From: Strigamia acuminata
Lineage: Eukaryota
Length of the DNA stretch: 64,000 bases
Assembly (NCBI GenBank): GCA_949358305.1
Contig: OX442314.1
Coordinates: 13,144,001-13,208,000, forward strand
Reading direction: 5' to 3'
This document shows, piece by piece, positions 11,956 to 22,666 of the stretch; position 1 is the first letter of the stretch, and the number at the start of each line of letters is the position of its first letter. The notes under the pieces were generated by a model. The model saw only the letters and a program-made list of their open reading frames with translations. It was not told the origin of the DNA and made no database searches. Made by a program: the position numbers and the translations under genes.

Positions 11956-14396
11956 GTACAGACTATTGACTTTTTGAATGCAGTTAGTGATCTATTGGTC
12001 GGTTCTACAAATTGTATTGGTTGAGTGGACTTCTCAGTTGAGTTAAACTTGTAAATGATTATTGATTAGTCCAAAGGTCAATAAAAGTCATGTGATCAGT
12101 AAGAGGGATGCACAAGTAGGTGGTGCCAGCCTAATATTCGCTTTTGCAGACTTAACTTTATACTTATGTGTAATAAAATGAAGCAAAATTACATAATATG
12201 TTCTTTGACAGGCAATAAATTGAAGCAGTCACAAAAGAGACTGCATTTGACAATGGTGGGAACTGTTTCTGAGCATATCTGAGACATTTTATCGTACCTT
12301 GTGGGTGTGTGAAAAAATTACTATGGGACATTGATTTTTATTTTCTGAAGATATCTCGAAAATTGATTTGGCACGCGAGTTTTCCCATTTGCCAAATAAA
12401 AGAAATATGAAATGGAATTAACCCATATTTTAGCGAATTAACATTTAATTTGAGAAAATAATGAAATAGCTATTGGATGTGTCTCAATTGAGGTGTGGAT
12501 TTCTAATCAATAATTAAATGAATTTACACACTAATGGTTTGATGAAGGAATCAAAAATGCATCTATTAAACATTTTAATCATATCAAAGGTCTAAACTGT
12601 ATTGTTTAATTGAAATGATGGAAAGGCTACGTTACTGAAATAAATACCCAACAAGAGTCACCCATGTGGTTACAAATGAAAATGGAAATGAAGTGGAAAC
12701 TGTAAAAAATGAAAAAGGAGGACATTTGATGGTTAATTTGGCCTAAGCCTTTAGGATGTATCTTATTGATGTGCTTTTAGTGACGTTAAGCACTTTCTGA
12801 AAATATTTGGCAATTTTAAGATTAAATCTCCTTTAACCCCTTTTAATCCATTTTAATGCTTTTAATTGCCACTAAAAATGCCACTAAAAATGAAAAGACC
12901 ACTTTTTAGTAGCATGCCCTCAAAAACGCAACTTAAGGGCAGTCTGGTCAAACTTGCTGTTTAGTGGCGTGCTTTTAAAAGTGCATCAATACGGTAGGTT
13001 TAGCTTTAAGCGAGGTTACTCAAAGTTGAATGTATGGAAATATAGTTATGGGTATATTTTGCTTTTAGATTTCAAACTTCGGATTTCGTAAAGTAAAAAT
13101 GTCGGTCATTTTTGAAAAAAACGAATTAAAAAATTAATTATAAGATTGGAAAGTAGTTTTTTCTGATGTAGTTTTAGGTCTACTTTTCAATAAATATGTT
13201 CATTTAACGATTCAATATAGTTAAAAGTGAGAAAACGCTAATTTATGGTGAAATTTACGCATTTGCAAATTGAATTGTTTTTGTAAGTCCAGCGCAGGTG
13301 TACAAGTTGGAAAAATTATTAATCCTAATTAAAGAAAACATTTTTAATCGAATTTATTTATTTATTTATTTTTATTAGAAATTAAGAAAGGTGCATATTA
13401 AACCAAATTTTTAATCTTACTTTTAAAAGCACAACAGCTGGCATGCAGTACTAGACATGCAAACTAACTTATGCGCTGCTGCGAAATTAGAAATTCGTAT
13501 CTCTTAAAGTTCGAACTCGAATATTTGTATTTAGGGGACTCGCTGTATTAACTAATGCGTTTAAATAGTCATTTGATATTTTTAATGGACAATGACGGTA
13601 TTTGAGTAGGTGTCTGATTGCATTATCTGTAATTGTTTGATATTGCTGCACATGGTGCAAAACGGCTTCGATCAATTGTGAGAATTGTATTGAATGATCT
13701 CGTATTGATTTTAGCCAATTTGTTACATTTCAGCTATGTACTACCTGGTGTAGTTGTTAGGAAATTATAATCAATGTTCCAGCTTTTCAGTGTTCAGAAT
13801 TAATGATAAATCGTTGAAACTTCTGTCATCACTCGAGACAGATAAATGACAGTTGGTTTGCGTCTTCACCAGCTAATTAGAACAACATAAAAGTGTATTA
13901 GGCAAAGGCCATCGGGTGAAACATCATTCTATAGTTCTGACAGCATTAAGTTCACCATTTCATTTAATATTCATTACTCACTCTGCTCCCTATTCGCCCT
14001 ATAGTTCATTTATCTTTGCTTCTGATCAACTATATATATGTCGTTGTTGACCCTAAACATCATGTTTTTGTTGCCATCCTCTAAGCCTAATTATATTCTG
14101 TGTTTCATGTTACCAAGTAAACAAAGCACACTGATTGATGATCTTTCACAAAGCGTAAAGGAAAAGTTCAATTTAGATGGGTTTTTTTTTTTTATTTATT
14201 TCTTTACTGGGTTTCAATCAATAGGTTAAGCCAACATTGCTGTTGGAAGTTGAGTTGCAGTTGCGCAAATCATTAGGTGCATTCAAAGTTCTGTTTTTGC
14301 CGTTTTTTAAATACAGAATACAGTGTTAGTCTTGGTTAATGTATCTCCTTTTGTATTTACCTTGGATTTTAGTGTAACCCATGTTTTATTGTATAT

Positions 14397-14890
14397 TAGA
14401 GAGTTTGCGGGATGCATTTTTCCCTTAAAGTTAAACACTATACGGTATAAAAATAGTGTAAGGGAAAAATGATAAATTAAGTTTTTGCGGGCTGCACTTT
14501 TCCCTTATCACTACACTATTTCAGCCAACTACTGACAGTTAGTAATTTTGAGCCTAAAAATTTAATTTGTGGGCGTAAATGTGCAAATTTCTGCATAAAA
14601 TTCCACTATTATGCCTATAAAGTATGGTTTTGGGCCTAAAATTCAATTTTGGGGCTCACTTAAAATTTAATCTACGTACCTATGACTGATGTGTTTGATC
14701 GGGACAACAAAATAATCGCCATTTGCAATGGGCGGAGCTAACAATATAGTGTTTTCAATTCTCATTGACTGCGCTATATTTTAATTTAGTGTTGAAAACG
14801 ATACACTAAAGATTTTTCCCTTACGATGTGGCACTAAAATAGTGTAACGTATAGAAAAATAAGGGAAAAATGCATTCCGCAAACTCTCTA
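14397..14890. mobile_element. Non-autonomous TIR element (superfamily uncertain)
   Basis: About 30-bp TIR tagagagtttgcgg(g/a)atgcatttttccctta with subterminal acacta/tagtgt and aagggaaaa repeats. Confidence 0.8.
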
Positions 14891-15286
14891 ATACCCACAG
14901 TATCTTTTAATAAAGCAGTTATGTTAAACAAACCAACATGACGCAGAAACCTGGTTTTGGTTTGCGCAAACAATTTCAAAATGGCTACCACATTAGTTAA
15001 ATGAGGAAGTCAAACATCAACAAATTAATGATTTCTAACGAAGTGGGTCGTAATTCGTTGATTGCGTGAAAACAAAGGAATTTTAATTGCCATTTAATTG
15101 TGAAACTCAAAAACAAAACGAAACAGACACAAACGAAGTCATCTCACATATATTTTTGTTTATTTTCTGTTTATAGAACGTTTTAATGACAACTGTGAAA
15201 TAGGATGTAATGGGAAACGTAACCTTTTGTTTCGACATAGATTTTGTTGACTTATCTTCTTTCTCTTTTTTTCTATTTATTCACAG

Positions 15287-15514
15287 ACTTGTTTACCAAT
15301 AGTGATCGAGCAATGAACTACCTTTGCGAGTCTCTGAGGATGTGAGGAATGATGATGAGAGGCTTGCGAAATTTTCCGCTCGATAAGAAATTGCACTCTT
15401 CTCTGGACCGCCTTGAATCGCTCCATCCGTGTATCCTGGGACACGATCATATGTTTTCCCCGAGGTGTCTTCGTGACTAATTCCATAATTTGCAAGTTGT
15501 GTCGTTTTGAAAAC
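15287..15514 (+). promoter_or_regulatory. 5' UTR portion of the neurexin exon, containing two upstream ORFs (15313-15345 and 15349-15480)
   Basis: Strong acceptor ttgac..cttatcttctttctctttttttctatttattcacag before 15287. uORF1 = MNYLCESLRM*. uORF2 starts ATGATGATG and is 43 aa, ending 34 nt before the main ATG. Confidence 0.7.
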
Positions 15515-16271
15515 ATGGTCCGGGTTCTCGGCAAAAGAATGTTGTTGACATCTTCAGGGCACGTGCTTCTGGTGTTCGTGCTGCTCCTCGCCCAGCCCAC
15601 GACTGCGATCTTCGTGCTGGAAGGCTCGCCCACTTCGTACGCGCAGTTCCGCAAATGGCACGCGGGACTGAACGGGACCCTGGAGTTCGAATTCAAGACG
15701 GAGGACGCGAACGGACTGCTCCTGTACACCGACGACGGCGGCACTTTTGACTTTTTCGAAGTGAAGTTGGTCGAGGGTGCTCTGCGTCTGCGCTTCAACT
15801 TGGGCGGCGGGGCGTCCATTTTGACTGTGGGTCACAATTTGCACGACAACGCCTGGCATAAGGTATCGATCGTGCGCGAGTTTGAAGAGACTCGGCTGGT
15901 CGTCGACAAGGAATCGCAGTCGCGAGTGTCACGTGGCAGCGAATTTTATTTCGGTAACTTCACCACTAACAGTTTCGTATACATGGGCGGAATGCCCGGT
16001 TGGTACTCTTCGAAATTGACCCAGTTGGCGCTGCCCTCGGTCATATTCGAGCCTCGCTTTCGAGGCGCCATCCGGAATGTCGTCTATGCCAACGATGAGG
16101 GGCCGGCGAGACGTCAAGAAATGATCGAATATAAAGGAGTACGTTTTCAAAAACTAGATGTGTGCGAGCATCAGGATCCATGCCAACATGGCGGCATATG
16201 CATTTCGACCGACAATGGCGCCATTTGCAATTGCCGGGCAATCGATTTCGAGGGCACTTTTTGCGAAAAAG
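15515..16271 (+). CDS. Nrx-1: Neurexin-1 (alpha-neurexin), first coding exon: signal peptide + LNS/laminin-G domain 1 + EGF-like domain 1. Partial gene that continues beyond the window.
   Basis: ATG at 15515 in aaacATGg context, with an in-frame upstream stop at 15356. Hydrophobic leader (VLLVFVLLLAQPTTA). LNS motifs SYAQFRKW, LEFEFKT..NGLLLYTDDGG.FDFFEVKLVEGALRLRFNLGGG and LALPSVIFEPRFRGAIRN resemble arthropod Nrx-1 as I recall it. Six-Cys EGF (CEHQDPCQHGGICISTDNGAICNC...GTFCEK). Acceptor (polypyrimidine + tcacag) ends at 15286. Phase-1 donor AAAG|gtaagg starts at 16272. Confidence 0.93.
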
Positions 16272-17427
16272 GTAAGGAAAAGTGAAAAATGTGCACTTTT
16301 TTATTTATTTATTTTTATTATTATTATTTTTAATTATTGATGTTGTTTTGTATGGGTATGTTGTTGTTAGCTGAGCGACGGTATGTTATGTTTATTGTAA
16401 ATGAGGCGAACGATGAACGGATGCTTGTCGCTATCATTGATTGATTTTCAATTTCCAAAGGGAGATTAATGCCTTACTTGTTTGTTGCCAGGGAAGCCTC
16501 TATTTTATCTTGGTTTAATTAATATTATTGATTATAGTGTACTGCGAAGAAGGGTTTAATTAAATGTCTTTTCTATTTTTGTGAAGTTTGATGATGGAGA
16601 AAAATTGTTGTTGAGGTATGTTTGTCGAGGTTTACAATACGGCGCATTCAATTTGCGCCTTGAAAAGGATTTTTTTTTTTATTTATTGCGGAATGTGTGT
16701 CTTTTGGTTGACGAGTTATAATTTATTTAAAGGTAGGTCTAGTAGAGAATTTTAGATTTTTAAATTATAGTTTTTCACTATTTTATCTGTTTAATTATTT
16801 ATTTATTCAGACAGTGATCTCGTTTTTAGATGGTAATAATCCGGTTATCAACAACAGGATTTTCTTGTTGTTTAATCTTGGGTTATGAACATCTTCAATT
16901 TTCTCATCTTTTTATGGCGTGCTTGGGCATTGTTTGATTTCTTCTATAAAATCTGCCACATTAAAAATACTAATAAATTATTGTCGTGACCCCAGAAACT
17001 ATAATGTATAAAATCGAGTATTTTCGAAGTTTTTTATTTAAGGTACCAATTGCTAACTTGAATTAAATTGGTGAATGCCGGTTGTTTACTTAACCAATTA
17101 GTTTTTAACTGATGATAGTAAGATCACGTGATGTATTTTTCTTGTGGTAAGCTTTTTGGGACTGTTATCAATGTGTGGAAAACTTTTGGTTCCACGAAAA
17201 AACAACGATAACTTCAATTTTGAGCATCTAAAGACTGTTTACAAAAACGTGTGACAAACTCACATTGCCTAGTGACCTGTCTGCAGCCCTATTCGCCACA
17301 AGAGGACGTAGATTGATAATCTGGTGGTTATTTTTCGAACCAATCTTGACTGATGAGTTTGGTCCGGGTACAGTTTCTGATCCAGTTTTGCTTTCAGTTT
17401 TGGCTTTTGTTCCAGTCACTGTTAAAG

Positions 17428-17812
17428 CCATGGAAAATCTAGGAAGATCAACTACAGACTTCACATTTAGACTGTAATGCGATTCTGTCTTGTGATTGTG
17501 GTGCCATCCGGCGCAAGATGACGTTATTTTGCGAGCAAAATGGCGGACAACAGACATCCCGCATTTACATTTTTGGTGGGTGTTATAACTATAGTTCAAT
17601 TTTATTTAAAGTTTGATTTAAAAATGATGTCTAAAAATATAATAAATACTATTCGAGCATTAATTTTAAATCAAACGTTAAATAAAATTTAACTATAGTT
17701 ATAACATCCACCATTTGCCCACAAAAAGTTTTAACAATGCGGGACAACTTGGATTTCAAAAAAATGGCGGATGTGAAGTCTTGTAGTTGATCGTCCTAGG
17801 TATAATCAATGG
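17428..17812. mobile_element. Foldback-like MITE, nearly palindromic along its length
   Basis: Outer arms ctaggaagatcaactacagacttcacat / atgtgaagtcttgtagttgatcgtcctag. Inner ~55-bp inverted repeat ggtgggtgttataactatagtt... / ...aactatagttataacatccacc (about 17575-17712). Confidence 0.75.
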
Positions 17813-18249
17813 GAGCTTGTTACAAGTTTTAGTAAACAGAGTTAATACTCTTTGTACAGTATTATCCTGAAAGCGAACGTAAAAGTAAAATTCTCAGTGC
17901 TGTGCTGCCCTTATAAAATATCGCGCAATGTAGCTTCCTTTTGACATCTATTTTATTAGTCATTTGAAGTTTATAAGTGCAAAATTTAAGATTATAATTT
18001 TTTTTACAGAATAAGTGTGCATCGTGAATGACATAACTTATTCTGATAGATCATGATGAAAAATAAATTGAGTCGGACGTCAATATTCTCAGAGATATCT
18101 GTGGTTGAACATCGCAAATTAACATGGATGACATGTTCAGCATAAAATTCATTCCTAATAAAGGGGGCTAGTGAACCATTTTATAATAAAATACAATTAA
18201 AATTATATCAATTTAAATGATCATAGTAATCACAAAAATAAATAAAAAT

Positions 18250-18348
18250 AAAAACTACTTCTCCTGGTGGTAGTATACAGTCTAGAGTTAGAAGTAATGA
18301 GGCTCAGCCAATGGGAGAAAGGACTCTTTTGGATTGAACACGAGTATA
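18250..18348 (-). mobile_element. Truncated copy (one arm) of the TATACTC-terminated MITE family
   Basis: aaaactacttctcctggtggtagtata...ggctcagccaatgggag...gagtata matches the core and terminus of the copies at 33719, 45458 and 54763. Confidence 0.7.
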
Positions 18349-19438
18349 GGACCTTTAAAGGTGATTCTCATTTGCACACACTCTTTTATCAAATCATTTT
18401 TTTTAACAAGCGAAAAAAAAATTATTTTCTTTATGGGCGTAATTGATTTTTTTTCTTTTTCTATTACACATTGTGATGATGATAATGATGATATCTCGGC
18501 GCATTTTTTCACCAAGGAATGAAATTAGACGCTGTACTGTTGTCTTATCTTTAATCTTGATTGCAATTTCGTCTTAACTTTTTATGATGAGTTTGAGCGA
18601 CTTTTGAATTTCAGACAGGATATTTTTGGCTAGAATTTACATGACACGAAAAATTGTGGTGGAAAATGAAATAAAAAAAAGGGGAAAAAAGGAAAATGAA
18701 ATTAGAGGCTGCAAGGAGTGTAAAAAGGAAAATAAAGAACTTTTTCATGCTTTTCAGCAATACATGGAAATATGGACAATATTCTATATAAATTTTTTTT
18801 TTTTGCAAGAAAAATGTGATAAAAAAAAATTGAAGATACAAAAGGCGAAAAAAATTCAGTTTCAAGTCACTCAACTGGCAGCAGCTGTGGCACAGAGAAA
18901 AGCAATGTGTTTCAAATTTAAAGAAGAGGAAATGGAAAAAAAAATTGACGTCAAGTTTTTCCATTCAAATAGTAAATTTTGCCAGAATTGGATTGGCTCT
19001 TTTCTGTACTTGTCTTGAAAGCAGTTGTATTCTTACCATCACTTTAATCTATCATGGGACCACAGAGGTAAAAATAAGAATAAAAATACAAGTATTGGTA
19101 TTTACTTAGCAAACTTTTGACAAGGCACGCTGGTTGATGTTTTAGAACAGACGTGCATCGTAATATTAAGAGATAAAGTATTTCAATTAAATACTCAAAA
19201 TTGGCTGGTGTCTTGGGGATGTTGTGTCAATATTTCTCAAAGCTTAGAATGAATATTTTACCACTTTTTAAAAAATGCTTTTTAATATTTATAAATAAGT
19301 AGATTAACTCTTTGAGCAAGACTGGAAATGTAAGTTACATGAGGCGATAATATAATTCAGGTTATATCAATAGAGAATGAGAAAAATTATAGTTGCCATA
19401 AATACTCTCTAATATAACACGAGTTTTCGATACAACAG

Positions 19439-20147
19439 TAGGCGCATTCGAAAAGTAATTTGCACTAAACGACCAGTGCAACTGGTAGTGTAAATGTCAA
19501 GTTAAACGACCCAATTTTCGAGTTTCAAAATAAATTTCTGTGTAAAATTCAGTGTAAATATTAAATTAGTCCAAATAATACCATAACCATAGTCATTATT
19601 GTTGTTGTTTACTCTAAAAAGACAGAAGATTATAAAAACATGCTTATAAAATGTAAATTGATTTTAATTATTTTTATTATTAATATTTATTTAAGAACGG
19701 GAATCGGCTGAACATCCGCCTCAATCGCACAAATGCGGCCGAACACCGGCCGCATTAGATCGCACAAACGCGGCCGAACGTCGGTCGAACGTCGGCCGCA
19801 TTCGATCGTACAAATGCGGCCGAACGTCGGCCGCATTCGATCGCACAAATGCGTTCGAACATCGGCCGCATTTGATTGCAAGAATGCGGCTAATAACTGC
19901 TACAAAATTGTTCTTACGATGGAAATCGTTCCAACCGATCTAACGAAAATCCAAGATGGCTGCCAGCAAGACCCGATTTGAACGAGAAAACTCGTTGCAC
20001 GGAGATTTTAAACGTAAACGTGGCGTACAGGCCGTTTCCGTTTAACCAGTTTACACGACATTTACACGAATTAATTCGTGTAAATGTCGTGTGAAAACGA
20101 GTGTAAACACGTTTACACTCGTTTTAATGACTTTTCGAATGCGCCTA
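19439..20147. mobile_element. TIR element with TAGGCGCATTCGAAAAGT termini (possibly hAT-related), containing an internal hairpin array
   Basis: 18-bp perfect TIR and subterminal gtgtaaa/tttacac motifs. No clear 8-bp TSD seen. Confidence 0.8.
19724..19890. repeat. Tandem array of about 4.5 copies of a 35-bp palindromic unit
   Basis: Unit atcgcacaaatgcggccgaacgtcggccgcattcg. Each unit holds an 11-bp stem aatgcggccga/tcggccgcatt. Confidence 0.9.
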
Positions 20148-20199
20148 GTGTCTAAATTTTAGACTAGTATGAAATTTTAGACGAAAAGCCTCGTTTTTG

Positions 20200-20618
20200 A
20201 ATGCAATTGATTGTTTTCTGCATATACAAACGATTGTTTAACTGCCAAACTGCCAAATCATTCCAGACATCTTCCTGCTGCAAGTCGCATGCATGTATTT
20301 TTTATTCGAAATTATTATTTTCTCTGTTTTTTCTGCTGTTTACAGTCCTAATAATTATTATAGTGAAGATTAATATTGTTTTTTACTCCAAAACAGTAAT
20401 AACTGCTACAAAATTGTACCTAGATGTCCGATCTAACCAAAATCTAAGATGGCGGCCAAAATGTGCGATTTGAATGAGAAAACTTGTTACACGGAAATTT
20501 AAACGACTTATTTAGGTCGTTTATTTTCAGCCCGTTTAAACCCATTTAAACGAGCCTCGTTTAAAAGTTTGTTCAAATGGGTTTAAATGATTGTTAATGT
20601 GTTTTTGAATGCGCCTAA
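20200..20618. mobile_element. Partial sibling of the 19439-20147 element
   Basis: Shares taataactgctacaaaattg...ccgatctaac..aaatc.aagatggc.gcc...gagaaaact.gtt.cacgga and the terminus tttgaatgcgccta. Left boundary is approximate. Confidence 0.7.
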
Positions 20619-22097
20619 TGTTTCCGTTACAACTCGGGTCTGAATAACCATTATCTAAATTGAACTATGAATCAAGGATAACAGACACGTATCCGTGTGT
20701 TAGTTCTTATTGATTCATTGTTCTGTGTGCTGATTGGATGACAGCAATCATGTGTCATGCATTGCTTGCCAACTAAGATGTTTATTACCTGTTGTCATCC
20801 CAGAATACAGTGCAGCCATATATTACATGGCGCCATCAGTGGCAAACGCACTGAACATGTGGATACTTGTCCATGTTATCCTGATTGAACAATCGACTGA
20901 ATTCAATTTTTAATTGAACAAACTGACTAAAATAAATGCCTCAATTGATCAAAAAGAGTGTAAAAAAAATTGCGGTGGAAATCTGGATTTTGTTATTAGA
21001 AGACCCGCGGTCTATTAGAGTGTTTACATAATTAAAATGAAAGTATTAAAATGATGTCCACTTAACATTGACGGATGGTTGACGCCTTCTAGGAGTCATG
21101 CGTTTCTCGAACTTTGAAGAAACTTGCAATAGAATAAATAAAAGAATGATCAATTTGATTATCCTCAAATTGATATAGGTGTCTCGCTTTTTTGTTGAAT
21201 GGTATTTTCTTACCCCTCTCAGCTGCTGATAATCGTTCTCACGATAATCTTCCAAAATGGCAAACCGAATTGGATTTCATGCGAATGTTTAGGGAATTTT
21301 TGAAAGCTTACGCTTGGGCTGTTATTTTTCCACAGTTGAGGGTTTGTGGCATCTTGTCTCGACTACAGGCTTACAGTCGTGTCATTGCGATGTTTGTTCA
21401 GTCACTTCAATCCATGGCGTCGTCGTCTTTCTCGAAATGGCTGCCACATGAGTTAGATGAGGAAGTCAAACTTCCAATTGCATAACATCAACAAATAAAT
21501 GATGTATAACGACTACACCGCAGTATTCAAGCTGTGGTTTTCGATTCATTGGTTTTGGTTCAGACTGACTACAAAGTGAGAGAATTTTTCTCGCAACAGG
21601 AAGTGACACATCCCTGGAGACATGTGGGCTCAAACTCCCTGGTGTTTTGGCAACATCCTTTATGCTACGCACGACATGTAGATGATGACAACCAATTTAT
21701 TAAATTTAATATTTAACAAACCGATGACCATATTCAGGAAAATTTCCATGTGCCTCAAAATAAATTTTGAAGTCACAAAAATATACAAATGTTCTTAAAA
21801 TATTTGGTTGGATTTATTTTACATAAAAAAATAAAATCTGCTGCAATAGTAATGCATTTACGGTTCTTTTGCAACGGTGAATTTCCTAGGATGTACAGTA
21901 CGGCAAGAACATGTCATCCACTTCAACTGAGTTGTCATGTGATTTTTCTACAGCCTGCAGCCTGGTATATTGATGCTAAATTCAAATTTTAAATTCAATT
22001 TTTTGCACACAAAAACAAATCTAAAATTTTTGTTTGAACACAAGTAAATAGTGTTTGTTGCACTTATTTGTGCACAGATGCCGATTTAGGCATAAAT

Positions 22098-22577
22098 TGT
22101 AAAAACTAGGGTTTTAGTGTATTTTAATTTTGTATTAAATTGGTGTTGGGAAATTTTGGGTTTTTACTGTAATCTGTTTTGATTGCCTTCTGCGAATTTT
22201 TTGAAGGGAAAACCCGAGTCTTTTGTTGTGATTCTAGAAGTGTCTAAATTTACACCAGATGTGGTGACGTTTTCTATTGTTTAGAGTTTTTGACCTTTTT
22301 TTTGACTTTTTGTTCTCATTTTCTGAGAACTATTTATATTTGTATGTTTTGTTCTTGTTTCCAAGAACTAATTATTTCATGTATTTAACATCGTTTTTCA
22401 ACGAAAATAAACCAGTACAAACTTTCACTTTACCCAAGCAGGACTGCTCTTGTTGAGCAGTTAGAATTTATTTGTATTCACACACTGAAAAAGAACTTAG
22501 AAATTTTCGAAACCTGAACCAACTGAATTTACATCAAAAAAGCGAACTTTTAACATTCACAAACTGGGATTTTCACA
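22098..22577 (+). repeat. 5' LTR (480 bp)
   Basis: Begins tgtaaaaactaggg and ends gggattttcaca. Matches 27978-28457 line for line. AATAAA at 22406-22411. Confidence 0.97.
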
Positions 22578-22595
22578 TGGTGCCGAAACCCGGGA
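22578..22595 (+). promoter_or_regulatory. Primer-binding site complementary to the 3' end of tRNA-Phe
   Basis: TGGTGCCGAAACCCGGGA is the reverse complement of the last 18 nt of metazoan tRNA-Phe(GAA) (..TCCCGGGTTTCGGCACCA) and abuts the 5' LTR. Confidence 0.92.
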
Positions 22596-22666
22596 AATTA
22601 ATTTAACCCGGACCTGAAAAATTTGTGTCAAGAACGTGAGTGTTGAAAATTATTTTGAACGTAAAA

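Noticed and set aside
12344..12365. Hammerhead-like CTGAAGA...GAAA
   Set aside because: No credible stem II or stem I. gatatctcgaaaa is a common DNA-transposon internal motif. The same applies to CTGAGGACGAAA near 11082.
15413..15514. N-terminal extension of neurexin from the ORF-track start
   Set aside because: It begins at TTG. The ATG at 15515 has good context and directly precedes the signal peptide.
15277..16241. Antisense ORFs over the neurexin exon (180, 101, 73 and 66 aa)
   Set aside because: Shadows of a GC-rich coding exon with no recognisable motifs.
18626..19018. 130-aa Lys/Glu-rich ORF
   Set aside because: It arises from A-rich low-complexity sequence, has no ATG at the annotated start and shows no domain signature.
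19724..19890. CRISPR-like array
   Set aside because: The palindromic units are contiguous with no unique spacers, there are no cas genes, the context is eukaryotic, and the array lies within a TIR element.
21192..21716. Decayed transposase or host exon
   Set aside because: Short ORFs without recognisable motifs or convincing splice sites.
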